Assembly: GCA_000002435.2 (NCBI GenBank)
Contig: CM018790.1
From: Giardia intestinalis
Taxonomy: Eukaryota
Direction: 5' to 3' (one strand)
DNA: 64,000 bases
The notes under the pieces are model-generated. The model was not told where the DNA came from. It ran no database searches and saw only the letters and a list, made by a program, of their open reading frames with translations. The position numbers and the translations under genes were made by a program. This document shows, piece after piece, positions 19,094 to 28,523 of the stretch (within the stretch, counting starts at the first letter, position 1; each line of letters starts with the position of its first letter).

Positions 19094-22000
19094 ATGAAAG
19101 GCCTAAATGTTGAGATTAACTCCATGGTAACACCGTCGTACGCAGTTAAGGTTGCGCCGACAGTCTTCCTACAGCATATAGTTTTGGATAAAAGCTTGTT
19201 GGCGGGCCATATGCTTCATGGCTTTTACCCCGACTTGCATATTATATTCAAATTAATGACACCGCCAGACACACTCTTAGCTCCTCCAATGAACTCTTCA
19301 ATCCAGAGTACTATTATTTGCAAGAAAACACAACTCACATACGTTTGGAACTCCCAGCAGCTCACCTTCCCCATTTCGATCTCCAACCTGCCACAAGCAG
19401 CACACTTCCACATTAGTATCTATGTACATGGTGTCCTTTTAGGTTCTACAGAGTTCCCCCTTTATAATGAGCACTTTGCCCTACGATGCATGATGCACAC
19501 ATGCCTTATCAAGCCCATAGCCTACACAGATGACCAGATTAGCGAGGAGCTTCCACCGATAGAGCTTTCGTTTGAGCTGGCGCTCCCTCATTCTGAGGAC
19601 AGGACAAGAACCATTGCTAATACTGTCTGCTACGCGCCAGAAGGCCTCTTTCGGAAGACTTCAATGGGGTCTATTACTACCACTGCCGATGCTCATCTCG
19701 CCACAGCCAAGAGCCCTGCGCACGTCTCGCTTCTGGAGATGAATGCGCTCCTGTCCTCCTCTATTACAACTGATATGGATCTTGCTCTTGCACACAAGGT
19801 TATAGAGCACTACTACCGCGTTGCCATGAAAGAGGCCCTTTACCTCAACAAGCCCCACATTCAGAAGCAGTTGACTGCAAGCCTATTCAACCAAGAAGCC
19901 ATTGCTGTCTCAAATTATGCCGCGATAACGGTCCAAAACTATATACCATGCATGCAGTTTTACGATTGTGAGCAAGTGCTTGCAAAGTTCACAGCAGATC
20001 AGGAAGCCGGGGCCTTCTCTCGTCTGGCTGTTGCACTCAAGACCGCCACGGAGAAACCTCTCTCGGACGTGGATCTCTTTGGGCTCAAGAGTGCAACATC
20101 CACATACACTAATGCAGAGACTCTTTCTCATCTACGGAACATAATAGCACGCTCCTTCAATAAGTACCAAGCCGATCCCACACCCACTTCTTCCCAAAAT
20201 GATGACACTTCCCCTAGCCAGGATTCATCCTACACACTCACACACAATGTGCGGGCAGCTACAAGTATTGATGAGATCAAGCTCGACCAGTTTAACCCAA
20301 CAGATTACGCTTTGGCTCTAAACTACAAGATCTCTTCTAAATGCAAGGTGCGCGACCAGAACGAGCATATCTTGTCAGCAATCGCACCACAGTACGATGC
20401 AGATCCGTCGACATTGGTCCCAGACAATGCCAGCGCTGGAAAATTGGCGAAACTATGCGACGTTCTATTTACTCACCAACTAAGGAGTCAGGACAAAGAC
20501 TTAATTTGGAAGTATAGATATTACATGCGTAAGTATCCCAGAGGACTGATAAAGGTTATAAGTTCCATACCACAGAGCTATAGGAACGTGTTGATAAGGC
20601 AGCGTTCAGTCAAGGACAAAGGCCAGGACAGCGGTCAAAATTTTGGCGATTCTATTGATGAATCTACTAATCAGGACCTTCGACACATTGTGGGAGAGCT
20701 CAAAACCCTTCTATACACGTGGAATGATCCTGCAATCGATCAGCTTCTTCTCCTTCTCTCACAAGAGTACTCTCTGTATAATTTGAACACTAACGTGATA
20801 CGTGAGTATGCTATCAATAAGCTTAACCAGTTTGCAGACTCTGTGCTACTCCAGTTTTTGCTGGAGTTGACGTTCAAAATAGATCTTGACGAAAGCCTCT
20901 GCATTGTCGACCTATTTAATTATAAAGAATTGTACCAGTCCATTGAGGACCAGATGATTGATCAGCAGGAAACGTTAGCACGAGAGAAGAAGAAGCGCCT
21001 AGAAACTGCCGAGCAAGACCTTCTCAATATAACACCCATCATAGAAACTAAATCGTTACCTTTCAAGGGGACAAAGAAGAATGCGCTTCAATCAAAATCG
21101 ATTTTGTCGGGGATGAGTGCTTCTCCGGCAGAATTTTTTGATCTGCGGGGATCCAAGGACCCAATTGTGGACCCCAAAACAAGCAAAACAAGCATAGCAA
21201 GCATCCCTGTTGCTGGTAACACATTTAGCAGCTCATCTAAGCTTTCGATAAAGTCCTTTACGCACCACTCCTTTTCAGTGGAGATTCCGACTCAAAGCTA
21301 TGGTCGCAGTCAGGTTATGCCGAAGTCTACGCTTCAGAAAGCAACCATACTGAACGAAGAGGAGGTGTCCTCGTTCTGTGAAGCAAGGTTTGGCAATATG
21401 GCAGATTTGCAATTCGATACAATGGACATGTCATACACTGACTCATCTGACGAGGCGCCCACCATTCTCCTCAGAAGTGCTGACGATCACACAACAAGTG
21501 ACGACACGAAGGGTACCATTGGGGAGCACTCCCAAACTTCTGGAAGGGAAGAGTCTGCACTGGTGCACAATCCTGCAGAGCCTCAGAGGTATCTCACATT
21601 TAAAAACCTTTCAGATATGTTGATAGCCAGAGCTATCTCAGCGCCATACACATTCTATCTGTTTTATTTTTATGTAGATTTATGGTATAGCAATTCGATT
21701 AGACAACAGGATGAGAATGCACAGAGAAAGCTGCTGGCATGCAGAGATGGTTATTATGCTATCATGAAGGAGAAGGACCCAGAGTTTTACTCCTGTCTAC
21801 GCTCCACAATCTTATTCTCTCAGCAACTTATTAACATTTCAAAGAAATCTTCAGAACTAGGCTCTGTTAGGCATGCAGACCAGGAGAAAATGATCAAGAA
21901 GATGATTCAGGATGGCACTCTTCTCACAGCCCTAGAGCGTAAGCAGAACTCGGACCCGAGTATGGATGATGAGCACAGTGACCCTAGACTTGATAGCGAC

Positions 22001-24010
22001 AAACTCGGAGTCATCTTCCCATTTGTCATGCTTAAGAACCATCAGACCACCGCTAGTGACGATGCCTTCGTTACAGCAATTAATCTGCGCAGGCCCATGC
22101 GCCACAGACGGATAGAGTCCCTCAATGCAGCCAGCTTCTCAACCGAGTTTAATATTTTTGTGACCGAAACGGAGAATAGCAACCCATCAACCGTTGTTCA
22201 GTCATCACCCAAGAAGCTCTGTTCAGACGCTGTTACCGATGCTTCTGGAACATCGTCCATACCACAGTTCTCCGTGTCTCCACTGCAAGAAGAAGGAGAC
22301 ACTAAGGCAGTCAAGAATGACGTGGAGAAGAAGCCTGGAAACGTCCTGGTCGTAGATAAGAACGAGACCTATGCAGACTTCCACAAAAAGTTTGTCCACA
22401 TATGCGGCATAAACCCAGATAATGTTAAGGTAATGACCTCTGCAAAGCGTCCCATCCTGTACCACCTTATCCAGGCAGAAACGGGGAAGGAAATCCCTGT
22501 ACTGCTTAAGATTAACGACGATGTGCGACTAGACATGCTCTACGTCCACTTGTTCTCTCTTATGGATAGCTACATGCAGACGCACAACTTAGACATGAAG
22601 TTCACCATATACTCCTGTTTCGCCCTGTCACCATCTATCGGATTCATAGAGTGCATCTTACCATCAGAATCCCAAGACGACATATACAAGAAGAAGGAAC
22701 TGGGAACAATTACTGACTACTTCAACGCCATGCTCTGCAAATACAGAAGCCAAGTTTCTCCATCTGTCCTCTCGCAGGCCCTGGTGAAGCTACCCTCCCT
22801 ACTCTCGGAAATATCTGCAAAACTGCTGGCCGACGAATCGCTGTGTCTCAGCAGTCTTATAAGTGAGTCTATTCTGGATGGAAAACTACCTCCACAATCA
22901 CCCTACGCCTTTTCCGAATTTAGTGACAAAACAATTCCGTCTGTTGCGGGCAAAGGATCTCTTCCGTTTGGAGAGGAGTCATACCAAATGGTTAAGAAGA
23001 GAACCCGGCCATCAAACCTCTCTTCCACCAGCGTACATATACCAAACATGTCCACGTCTATGGACGATCTTATGGGAGGCATAAGGAGCACAAAGGGTGC
23101 CCACAAAAGCGTCTTTAGTGATGACGGTGTGGAGAAGCGACAAGAGAACTCTCGTGGACACTCAAGGCATGTCTCAACTTCAGACTGCTCCTATGGAGGG
23201 TCAGAAGCCAAGGGCAGTGGAGACAAGGGATCAGAGACTATAGAATCTGACAAGGTGATGAGTGCAGGGGCAACACCGTCGATCCAAAGTCGCCACACCC
23301 GAGGGGTACCATCAAACCTGTCTCTACAAATAGGAAATCGTCCGTTGACACAGGACATCGTTCAGAAGTGGTTAGTGGAGCAATTGACCGTCAAGGGCAT
23401 AGAGTCCTTACCCCAGAAGGTGTACGCAATAATTGGCTCAGTGATTGACAAGGTGTATAGATTCAACGGTCCCTTAAATTGCATGAATGATATCACAGCA
23501 GAAGCTCAAATGTCAAATTTTGTCAAGTCCACCGCCGCATACAGTGTTGCAACATATTTATTGAGAGCGGGAGACAGACATGGGGAGAACCTCCTCATTC
23601 GCCCAGACGGGAGGATGTTCCACATAGACTTTGGCTGGTGCTTTGGGAAAGATCCCAAGCTTATGGCTCCGAAGATGAAGGTCTCCAAGGACTTGGTCAA
23701 GGCCATGGGCGGAGAGGGAAGCGCAGATTTTGAGAGTTATCTCAATTATGTAGCTGAAATCTTCTGTATGTTGAGACAAGATGTGTACATCATAATATCA
23801 TTACTGTACATACTTCAGGGCGGGGGAATGGCCTATCTCGATGAAGCAGCCCAGTCACACTTTTACGTCATCGAAGACAACTATCAGCTTTCGCTTGAAA
23901 GGGACGCAGCAATCTATTACATACTAGATGTGGTGAAGGCCTCCATGAAGGCGATCATGGGGCAGTTCATCGACGCCTTCCACAGGTTCACCCAGGGCTT
24001 TAAGAAATAG
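19094..24010 (+). CDS. VPS34: Phosphatidylinositol 3-kinase, class III (Vps34-like), with large low-complexity insertions (1638 aa)
   Basis: Catalytic-domain motifs: ILKINDDVRLDMLYVHLFSLMD (Vps34 [22 protein letters not shown]), LLRAGDRHGENLLIRPDGRMFHIDFGWCFGKDPKLMAPKMKVSKDLVKAMGG (Vps34 GVGDRHLDNLLL..G.LFHIDFGYILGRDPKP.PPPMKL.KEMVEGMGG). About 230 aa, largely Ser-rich, separate the ATP-binding stretch from the catalytic loop. Confidence 0.8.
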   Translation: MKGLNVEINSMVTPSYAVKVAPTVFLQHIVLDKSLLAGHMLHGFYPDLHIIFKLMTPPDTLLAPPMNSSIQSTIICKKTQLTYVWNSQQLTFPISISNLPQAAHFHISIYVHGVLLGSTEFPLYNEHFALRCMMHTCLIKPIAYTDDQISEELPPIELSFELALPHSEDRTRTIANTVCYAPEGLFRKTSMGSITTTADAHLATAKSPAHVSLLEMNALLSSSITTDMDLALAHKVIEHYYRVAMKEALYLNKPHIQKQLTASLFNQEAIAVSNYAAITVQNYIPCMQFYDCEQVLAKFTADQEAGAFSRLAVALKTATEKPLSDVDLFGLKSATSTYTNAETLSHLRNIIARSFNKYQADPTPTSSQNDDTSPSQDSSYTLTHNVRAATSIDEIKLDQFNPTDYALALNYKISSKCKVRDQNEHILSAIAPQYDADPSTLVPDNASAGKLAKLCDVLFTHQLRSQDKDLIWKYRYYMRKYPRGLIKVISSIPQSYRNVLIRQRSVKDKGQDSGQNFGDSIDESTNQDLRHIVGELKTLLYTWNDPAIDQLLLLLSQEYSLYNLNTNVIREYAINKLNQFADSVLLQFLLELTFKIDLDESLCIVDLFNYKELYQSIEDQMIDQQETLAREKKKRLETAEQDLLNITPIIETKSLPFKGTKKNALQSKSILSGMSASPAEFFDLRGSKDPIVDPKTSKTSIASIPVAGNTFSSSSKLSIKSFTHHSFSVEIPTQSYGRSQVMPKSTLQKATILNEEEVSSFCEARFGNMADLQFDTMDMSYTDSSDEAPTILLRSADDHTTSDDTKGTIGEHSQTSGREESALVHNPAEPQRYLTFKNLSDMLIARAISAPYTFYLFYFYVDLWYSNSIRQQDENAQRKLLACRDGYYAIMKEKDPEFYSCLRSTILFSQQLINISKKSSELGSVRHADQEKMIKKMIQDGTLLTALERKQNSDPSMDDEHSDPRLDSDKLGVIFPFVMLKNHQTTASDDAFVTAINLRRPMRHRRIESLNAASFSTEFNIFVTETENSNPSTVVQSSPKKLCSDAVTDASGTSSIPQFSVSPLQEEGDTKAVKNDVEKKPGNVLVVDKNETYADFHKKFVHICGINPDNVKVMTSAKRPILYHLIQAETGKEIPVLLKINDDVRLDMLYVHLFSLMDSYMQTHNLDMKFTIYSCFALSPSIGFIECILPSESQDDIYKKKELGTITDYFNAMLCKYRSQVSPSVLSQALVKLPSLLSEISAKLLADESLCLSSLISESILDGKLPPQSPYAFSEFSDKTIPSVAGKGSLPFGEESYQMVKKRTRPSNLSSTSVHIPNMSTSMDDLMGGIRSTKGAHKSVFSDDGVEKRQENSRGHSRHVSTSDCSYGGSEAKGSGDKGSETIESDKVMSAGATPSIQSRHTRGVPSNLSLQIGNRPLTQDIVQKWLVEQLTVKGIESLPQKVYAIIGSVIDKVYRFNGPLNCMNDITAEAQMSNFVKSTAAYSVATYLLRAGDRHGENLLIRPDGRMFHIDFGWCFGKDPKLMAPKMKVSKDLVKAMGGEGSADFESYLNYVAEIFCMLRQDVYIIISLLYILQGGGMAYLDEAAQSHFYVIEDNYQLSLERDAAIYYILDVVKASMKAIMGQFIDAFHRFTQGFKK

Positions 24011-24173
24011 ACGAGGATTTGTAAAATAAACTATTTTAAATTCAATTCTGTAAAATAAATTTTTTATTTTTTGACTCTAGGCTGAAGCTGCCAAGGTGCG
24101 TGATCCCTCGGTGATGCCTTGAGTGTTGCTTCACCAAAGAACAACCACACGGCACAGCCGAATCTCTCATTTT

Positions 24174-27100
24174 TTAAACTTTCTCGGATCCTTTGGGGTC
24201 TGTCAGCCCCTCTGATGCCTTCGCTAAGGACACTGCTGACTCTATGAGCTCTGCGCACGCAGGGAAGTTGTAAGTGCGGGCCCACTCGGCTGCTGTTTTC
24301 CGTGCAAAGGTTCTTGTGTATGCTTCTTGCGTAAGCTCTAAGAGAATTCTCACGCACTCTTCGTGACCCCCAGTCGCTGCAAAGTGTAGGGCTGTAAATC
24401 CACGCTGAAGGGAACTCAGAGCTGTCACGCAGAGCCCGCCCTCAAGTGGCGCCAGCGCCTCCACCGCACGCGCTTGCCCGCTTCTTGCTGCCAGCATCAA
24501 CGCGGTTTCGCCGTCTACAGTGGTAAGTCTCGCCTCTGCAGTCTTGAGGAGCTCTACCCCCTCTGTATTGCCGCTTGCTACTGCCCACATTAAAGCCGTC
24601 CAACCCTTTTGCGTTTGCTTCTGAAGACACGTCGAAAAGTGTGGGCTGGTGATAACCTCATTCATGCCGTACTGCGCTGCGTACATAAGGGCAGTTTGGC
24701 CAGTCTTGTCTGCCAGATCAGATTCCTTCCCAAGGAGAACTTGGGCCGCCTCTTTGTTGCCGCAGAGGATAGCGTATACTAGAGCAGTGTATCCGTTCTT
24801 GTCTTGCTTCCCTGCGCAATCCATGTATGGCTCGATATTCTTGTGTGTGGCAGCGGCTACCATCAGATGGGACACCCTGTCAAGAGGTAGGTACCGCTCC
24901 TCACGTTCGATCAGCTGCATGGATATATCTGCCATGCCGTTAGTTAACGATGCATACAGAGCGTAGTGTCCAGACGGAGATATTAGTCCGGCATTCCACG
25001 GCAGTAGTAGCTGTGCAATGTTCTTCTGCTTCTTCTCTATGGCCGCATAGAACGGATATTTGCCTTGCTTATTCAGGATTTTGGCTTCGTACTGGCACAA
25101 CACCGCACACCCTTCTTCATAGCAGTTGTCTATTGCCATAAAGAGTGCACTCTTTCCGTTCCTTTTATTTTTCAGTCCACAAAAGTATGGAGCTAAGAGC
25201 TCAATGGTAGCTATATCCCGCACGAGAACAGCTGTCATAAGCGGTGTGTTGCCTTTGTTGTCATATATGTCGCCCCTATCGATTTCGTACCGTGACAATG
25301 CCTCTGCAGCCACTGTGTTTCTCACAGCGATCGCCAAATATAAGGGTGATTTTCCAGATGCCGTGCTTATGGTTCTCTCCTTGATGTACAGAGCACTCAG
25401 GGTGCTTTCACAACACCCCTGTGCCTGTATATATAGGTGAAGGGCTGTCAAGCAGTCTTTATCTACGGCAGCAAGGATCTTGTGCTGAAGATAGCAGTCG
25501 TGAGGGAAGCGACACTGCTTTCTTGACATAGTTGTGCCGGCATCCTCCAGGGTCATCTCGATGAGGCGTTCCATTTTAAAATGGCAGGAATACATAAGTG
25601 CGGTCCATCCTCTACCATCCTTGACTCCCAGATACTCTGGCTTGAATAGCAGTTCTGCGATCTTTTCGTTTCCAGCCTGGCACGCAATCATGAATGAGGT
25701 GTGCCCGCGCCTGTCAGTGATGTGACTCTCCTTAGAGATCAGCTTGGTAGACACAGGGTTCAGCTTTTTGTTAAATACTGAATAGTGCAAAGCGCAATGC
25801 CCAGACACATCCACAGCTCCGGCCTCTCGCTCGATCAGGGCGTTTGCAAGTTTGATGTTGCCACACTGGATGGCATGCATCAATGCCGTCCGACCCTGTG
25901 TATCGGTAATACCCGACTCCTTGACCAGGTGCTCTAGGATCTTACAAGAAATCAGAGGCTCTTTGCTACAGTGCATGAGCGCAGTCTCTCCACTTATGGT
26001 TCTAAGGTACAGCTCCTTCCCTACGAGAAGCTTTGTTAAGTTGATATTATTGTATTGAGCACAATACATTAAGGCCGTCTTGCCGTTTTTATCCCTCATT
26101 CCAGCCTGGGCATCCACGAGCGCGTATAATTCGCTAGTGAAAATGTCTGTGTAGAAGCTTTTGCAGTCTAGGCTCAGTTCAGGGCTCTGAATATCGACCT
26201 CATCTGCTTCACAGTTAATACGTTTTACACCTCGCATCTTGCGGCTAGAATAAACAGCATACTTCATAAGAGGCGTTCGTTCTAGGGTATCTCGAGGAAC
26301 AGGAGTGTTACCATTAATGTAATTAAGGATTTGTTCCGATGCGCACACTCGTTGTATTAGTTGCAGCTCTGTAAGCTCTTCCTGGGTCTCCTTATCAACG
26401 TACAGGAGACCGCATTCATACCTATAAAGCAGCTTGACTTGCTCTATATTCCCGCACATGCACGCATGTATTAAGGCCGTCTTTCCCTCCTTATCACGCA
26501 GACTGACTTCGCTCTGCAATAGTAGCTGAGTGCAGCGCAGACCCTCTGTGGTCTCCGGGCTCCTGCTAAGGTGCATTAGGGCTGTGCGTCCGTCGTCATC
26601 AATGATTCCCACCTCCGATCTATAAAGGGCGCAGGTGAGCGCATAGTTGGCATTCATGCATGCGTTCATCATGCGCGTTCTCTGTCCTGGGAGTCTCTTC
26701 GGATATGGATGCGTGGCCAGAATCTGCACTATTTCCTCGTCGTTTAGCTCTATAGCATAGTCAATCGGGAATATACCCCTACTATCAACTACGTCAGACT
26801 CTCCAGGAGCCAAGATTGACACGATATCCTGCAGTATTTTGTGACGCTCATCCAATCCCAACTCCTTCCAAAGGTCTGGCGAAGATTTCAGACAAGTCAG
26901 ACAACTCTTTAAAAGCCTCAGCAGCGCTGTGTTTCCATTCTTGTCGCGATGCTTAATCTCATGAGGTGCGAGCATTTTTACAATTGCCGTATGACCACGG
27001 TCGGCTGCCAACATGAGGGCTGACGTGCCATCTGTTAGATATGCATTCTTCTGATCTATAAAGTGTGGGACCCAGGCAGATGCGTTATACACTGCCGCGA

Positions 27101-28472
27101 GCATCAAACACGTGTGGCCACTAATCAGCTTTCTGTCGGCATGGGGCAGCAACAGACTCAAATCTGGTAGATCCTCCGGTTTATGAGAGATTGTGAGCAC
27201 AAGAGGGGTAATACCGGATGCCTTATACTTGTGCGCCTCCTTCTCCTTCAGCATGGAAAACAACTCTAGATTGCCTGATGCCAATGCATAGCAAGATGCA
27301 CATCCACCATTGCTATCAATGTATGAATTTTCGTAGTCAATGAGGAATCCAACGACGCGTTGATTGCGAGCTGAAGAAGAAGCACAGCCTTCAGATGTCA
27401 CAGTGGCGAGAGAATATTCGCGAGGGGATGGGTAGAGTGAGCCGACTGGTTGACTCGCTAGATGAATCAGCGATGTGCGTCCCACTCTATCTACACGGCC
27501 AGCAAAGTGTAGAAGATAGAGCGTGTTCTCGCTGAACCAGCTATCTCCTGCCAGCATAGATTCAATAAGTGGGCAAAGGAAGTACTTCGATGTGTCTAGT
27601 TTTTGTGTGTAGCTTTGTTTGATGGGCTCCATGAGCTTGTGGATATTCGGGGTATTCAGCAGTGCTTCTGCCGTCATAATGACATTGAATGAAGGGGAGT
27701 TCATTAACGCAAGAACATACTTGAGTGTTGGTATACAGAGGGAGGCGTTTGCCGATGCTTCTAGAGATGATTTGGCTGGTCTCGACGTCGCCCGCCGAAC
27801 GGACAAGGAGATCTCTGTGGAAAATCGTATCATGTTTACCGGAGTCCTTGCACGCATAGCTGACTTGATAGCTCTTTTCTCGGTAGGAACACTACCTAGT
27901 GCATTGTCTCTGTCCAACGTGTCAGACCCATCCTGCTCTGCCCCCAGCCGACAACGCCGAGTGACAAGGGCATTATGTTCCACTAGATCATTGACGCATG
28001 CATGTAGACCCATCAATTGGTCCAATAGGCTTTTATCGAGATGCAGAGTCGAGACGCTGATCGCATGGGGAATGGAGATCTGGACCATCCCATTCTCTAG
28101 GAGGAGTACGGACTGTTGAGAAATCAGCTGGATGGTCGAGATCTTATTGAGCTCGAGATGCTGGATTGCATGGAGAAGGCAATAGAAAATGCGCCAGAGA
28201 AGCTCCTCGGCAATCTCCATGTGTTGTATTCGGTATTCTGTCACCAGATCGCTGAGTAAAATAGAACCTTTTGGCCTGTAGTAATGGATAAAGCAGTGCT
28301 GCTCGCGCTTCATTATTTTGTGGGGCCGCAGGATGTACGGGGATCCTAGCTGCAGAAGTGGTGCCATGTACTCGCTCATGCATGTCGCAGTTCCATTCTC
28401 TCCAAAGGCTTCTCGCAAGTCGATGACTGGCTCAATAATTAAAACCTCCTCTTCAAATCCGAAGTGTTCCAT
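24174..28472 (-). CDS. Large ankyrin-repeat protein (protein 21.1-like, 1432 aa) with a degenerate kinase-like N-terminal segment
   Basis: More than 20 ankyrin units through the body (GRTALMHAIQCGNIKLANALIEREAG, GKTALMYCAQYNNINLTKLL, GFTALHFAATGGHEECVRILLE ...). N-terminal ~140 aa (YRPKGSILLSDLVTEYRIQHMEIAEELLWRIFYCLLHAIQHLELNKISTIQLISQQSVLLLENGMVQI) resembles a kinase C-lobe lacking the HRD and DFG residues. ATG at 28470-28472 with AT-rich sequence upstream. Confidence 0.75.
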   Translation of the reverse strand: MEHFGFEEEVLIIEPVIDLREAFGENGTATCMSEYMAPLLQLGSPYILRPHKIMKREQHCFIHYYRPKGSILLSDLVTEYRIQHMEIAEELLWRIFYCLLHAIQHLELNKISTIQLISQQSVLLLENGMVQISIPHAISVSTLHLDKSLLDQLMGLHACVNDLVEHNALVTRRCRLGAEQDGSDTLDRDNALGSVPTEKRAIKSAMRARTPVNMIRFSTEISLSVRRATSRPAKSSLEASANASLCIPTLKYVLALMNSPSFNVIMTAEALLNTPNIHKLMEPIKQSYTQKLDTSKYFLCPLIESMLAGDSWFSENTLYLLHFAGRVDRVGRTSLIHLASQPVGSLYPSPREYSLATVTSEGCASSSARNQRVVGFLIDYENSYIDSNGGCASCYALASGNLELFSMLKEKEAHKYKASGITPLVLTISHKPEDLPDLSLLLPHADRKLISGHTCLMLAAVYNASAWVPHFIDQKNAYLTDGTSALMLAADRGHTAIVKMLAPHEIKHRDKNGNTALLRLLKSCLTCLKSSPDLWKELGLDERHKILQDIVSILAPGESDVVDSRGIFPIDYAIELNDEEIVQILATHPYPKRLPGQRTRMMNACMNANYALTCALYRSEVGIIDDDGRTALMHLSRSPETTEGLRCTQLLLQSEVSLRDKEGKTALIHACMCGNIEQVKLLYRYECGLLYVDKETQEELTELQLIQRVCASEQILNYINGNTPVPRDTLERTPLMKYAVYSSRKMRGVKRINCEADEVDIQSPELSLDCKSFYTDIFTSELYALVDAQAGMRDKNGKTALMYCAQYNNINLTKLLVGKELYLRTISGETALMHCSKEPLISCKILEHLVKESGITDTQGRTALMHAIQCGNIKLANALIEREAGAVDVSGHCALHYSVFNKKLNPVSTKLISKESHITDRRGHTSFMIACQAGNEKIAELLFKPEYLGVKDGRGWTALMYSCHFKMERLIEMTLEDAGTTMSRKQCRFPHDCYLQHKILAAVDKDCLTALHLYIQAQGCCESTLSALYIKERTISTASGKSPLYLAIAVRNTVAAEALSRYEIDRGDIYDNKGNTPLMTAVLVRDIATIELLAPYFCGLKNKRNGKSALFMAIDNCYEEGCAVLCQYEAKILNKQGKYPFYAAIEKKQKNIAQLLLPWNAGLISPSGHYALYASLTNGMADISMQLIEREERYLPLDRVSHLMVAAATHKNIEPYMDCAGKQDKNGYTALVYAILCGNKEAAQVLLGKESDLADKTGQTALMYAAQYGMNEVITSPHFSTCLQKQTQKGWTALMWAVASGNTEGVELLKTAEARLTTVDGETALMLAARSGQARAVEALAPLEGGLCVTALSSLQRGFTALHFAATGGHEECVRILLELTQEAYTRTFARKTAAEWARTYNFPACAELIESAVSLAKASEGLTDPKGSEKV

Positions 28473-28523
28473 TTTTATTTACTAGATGATTATTAAGTAA
28501 TTACTGATTGATTGCGTCAATGC

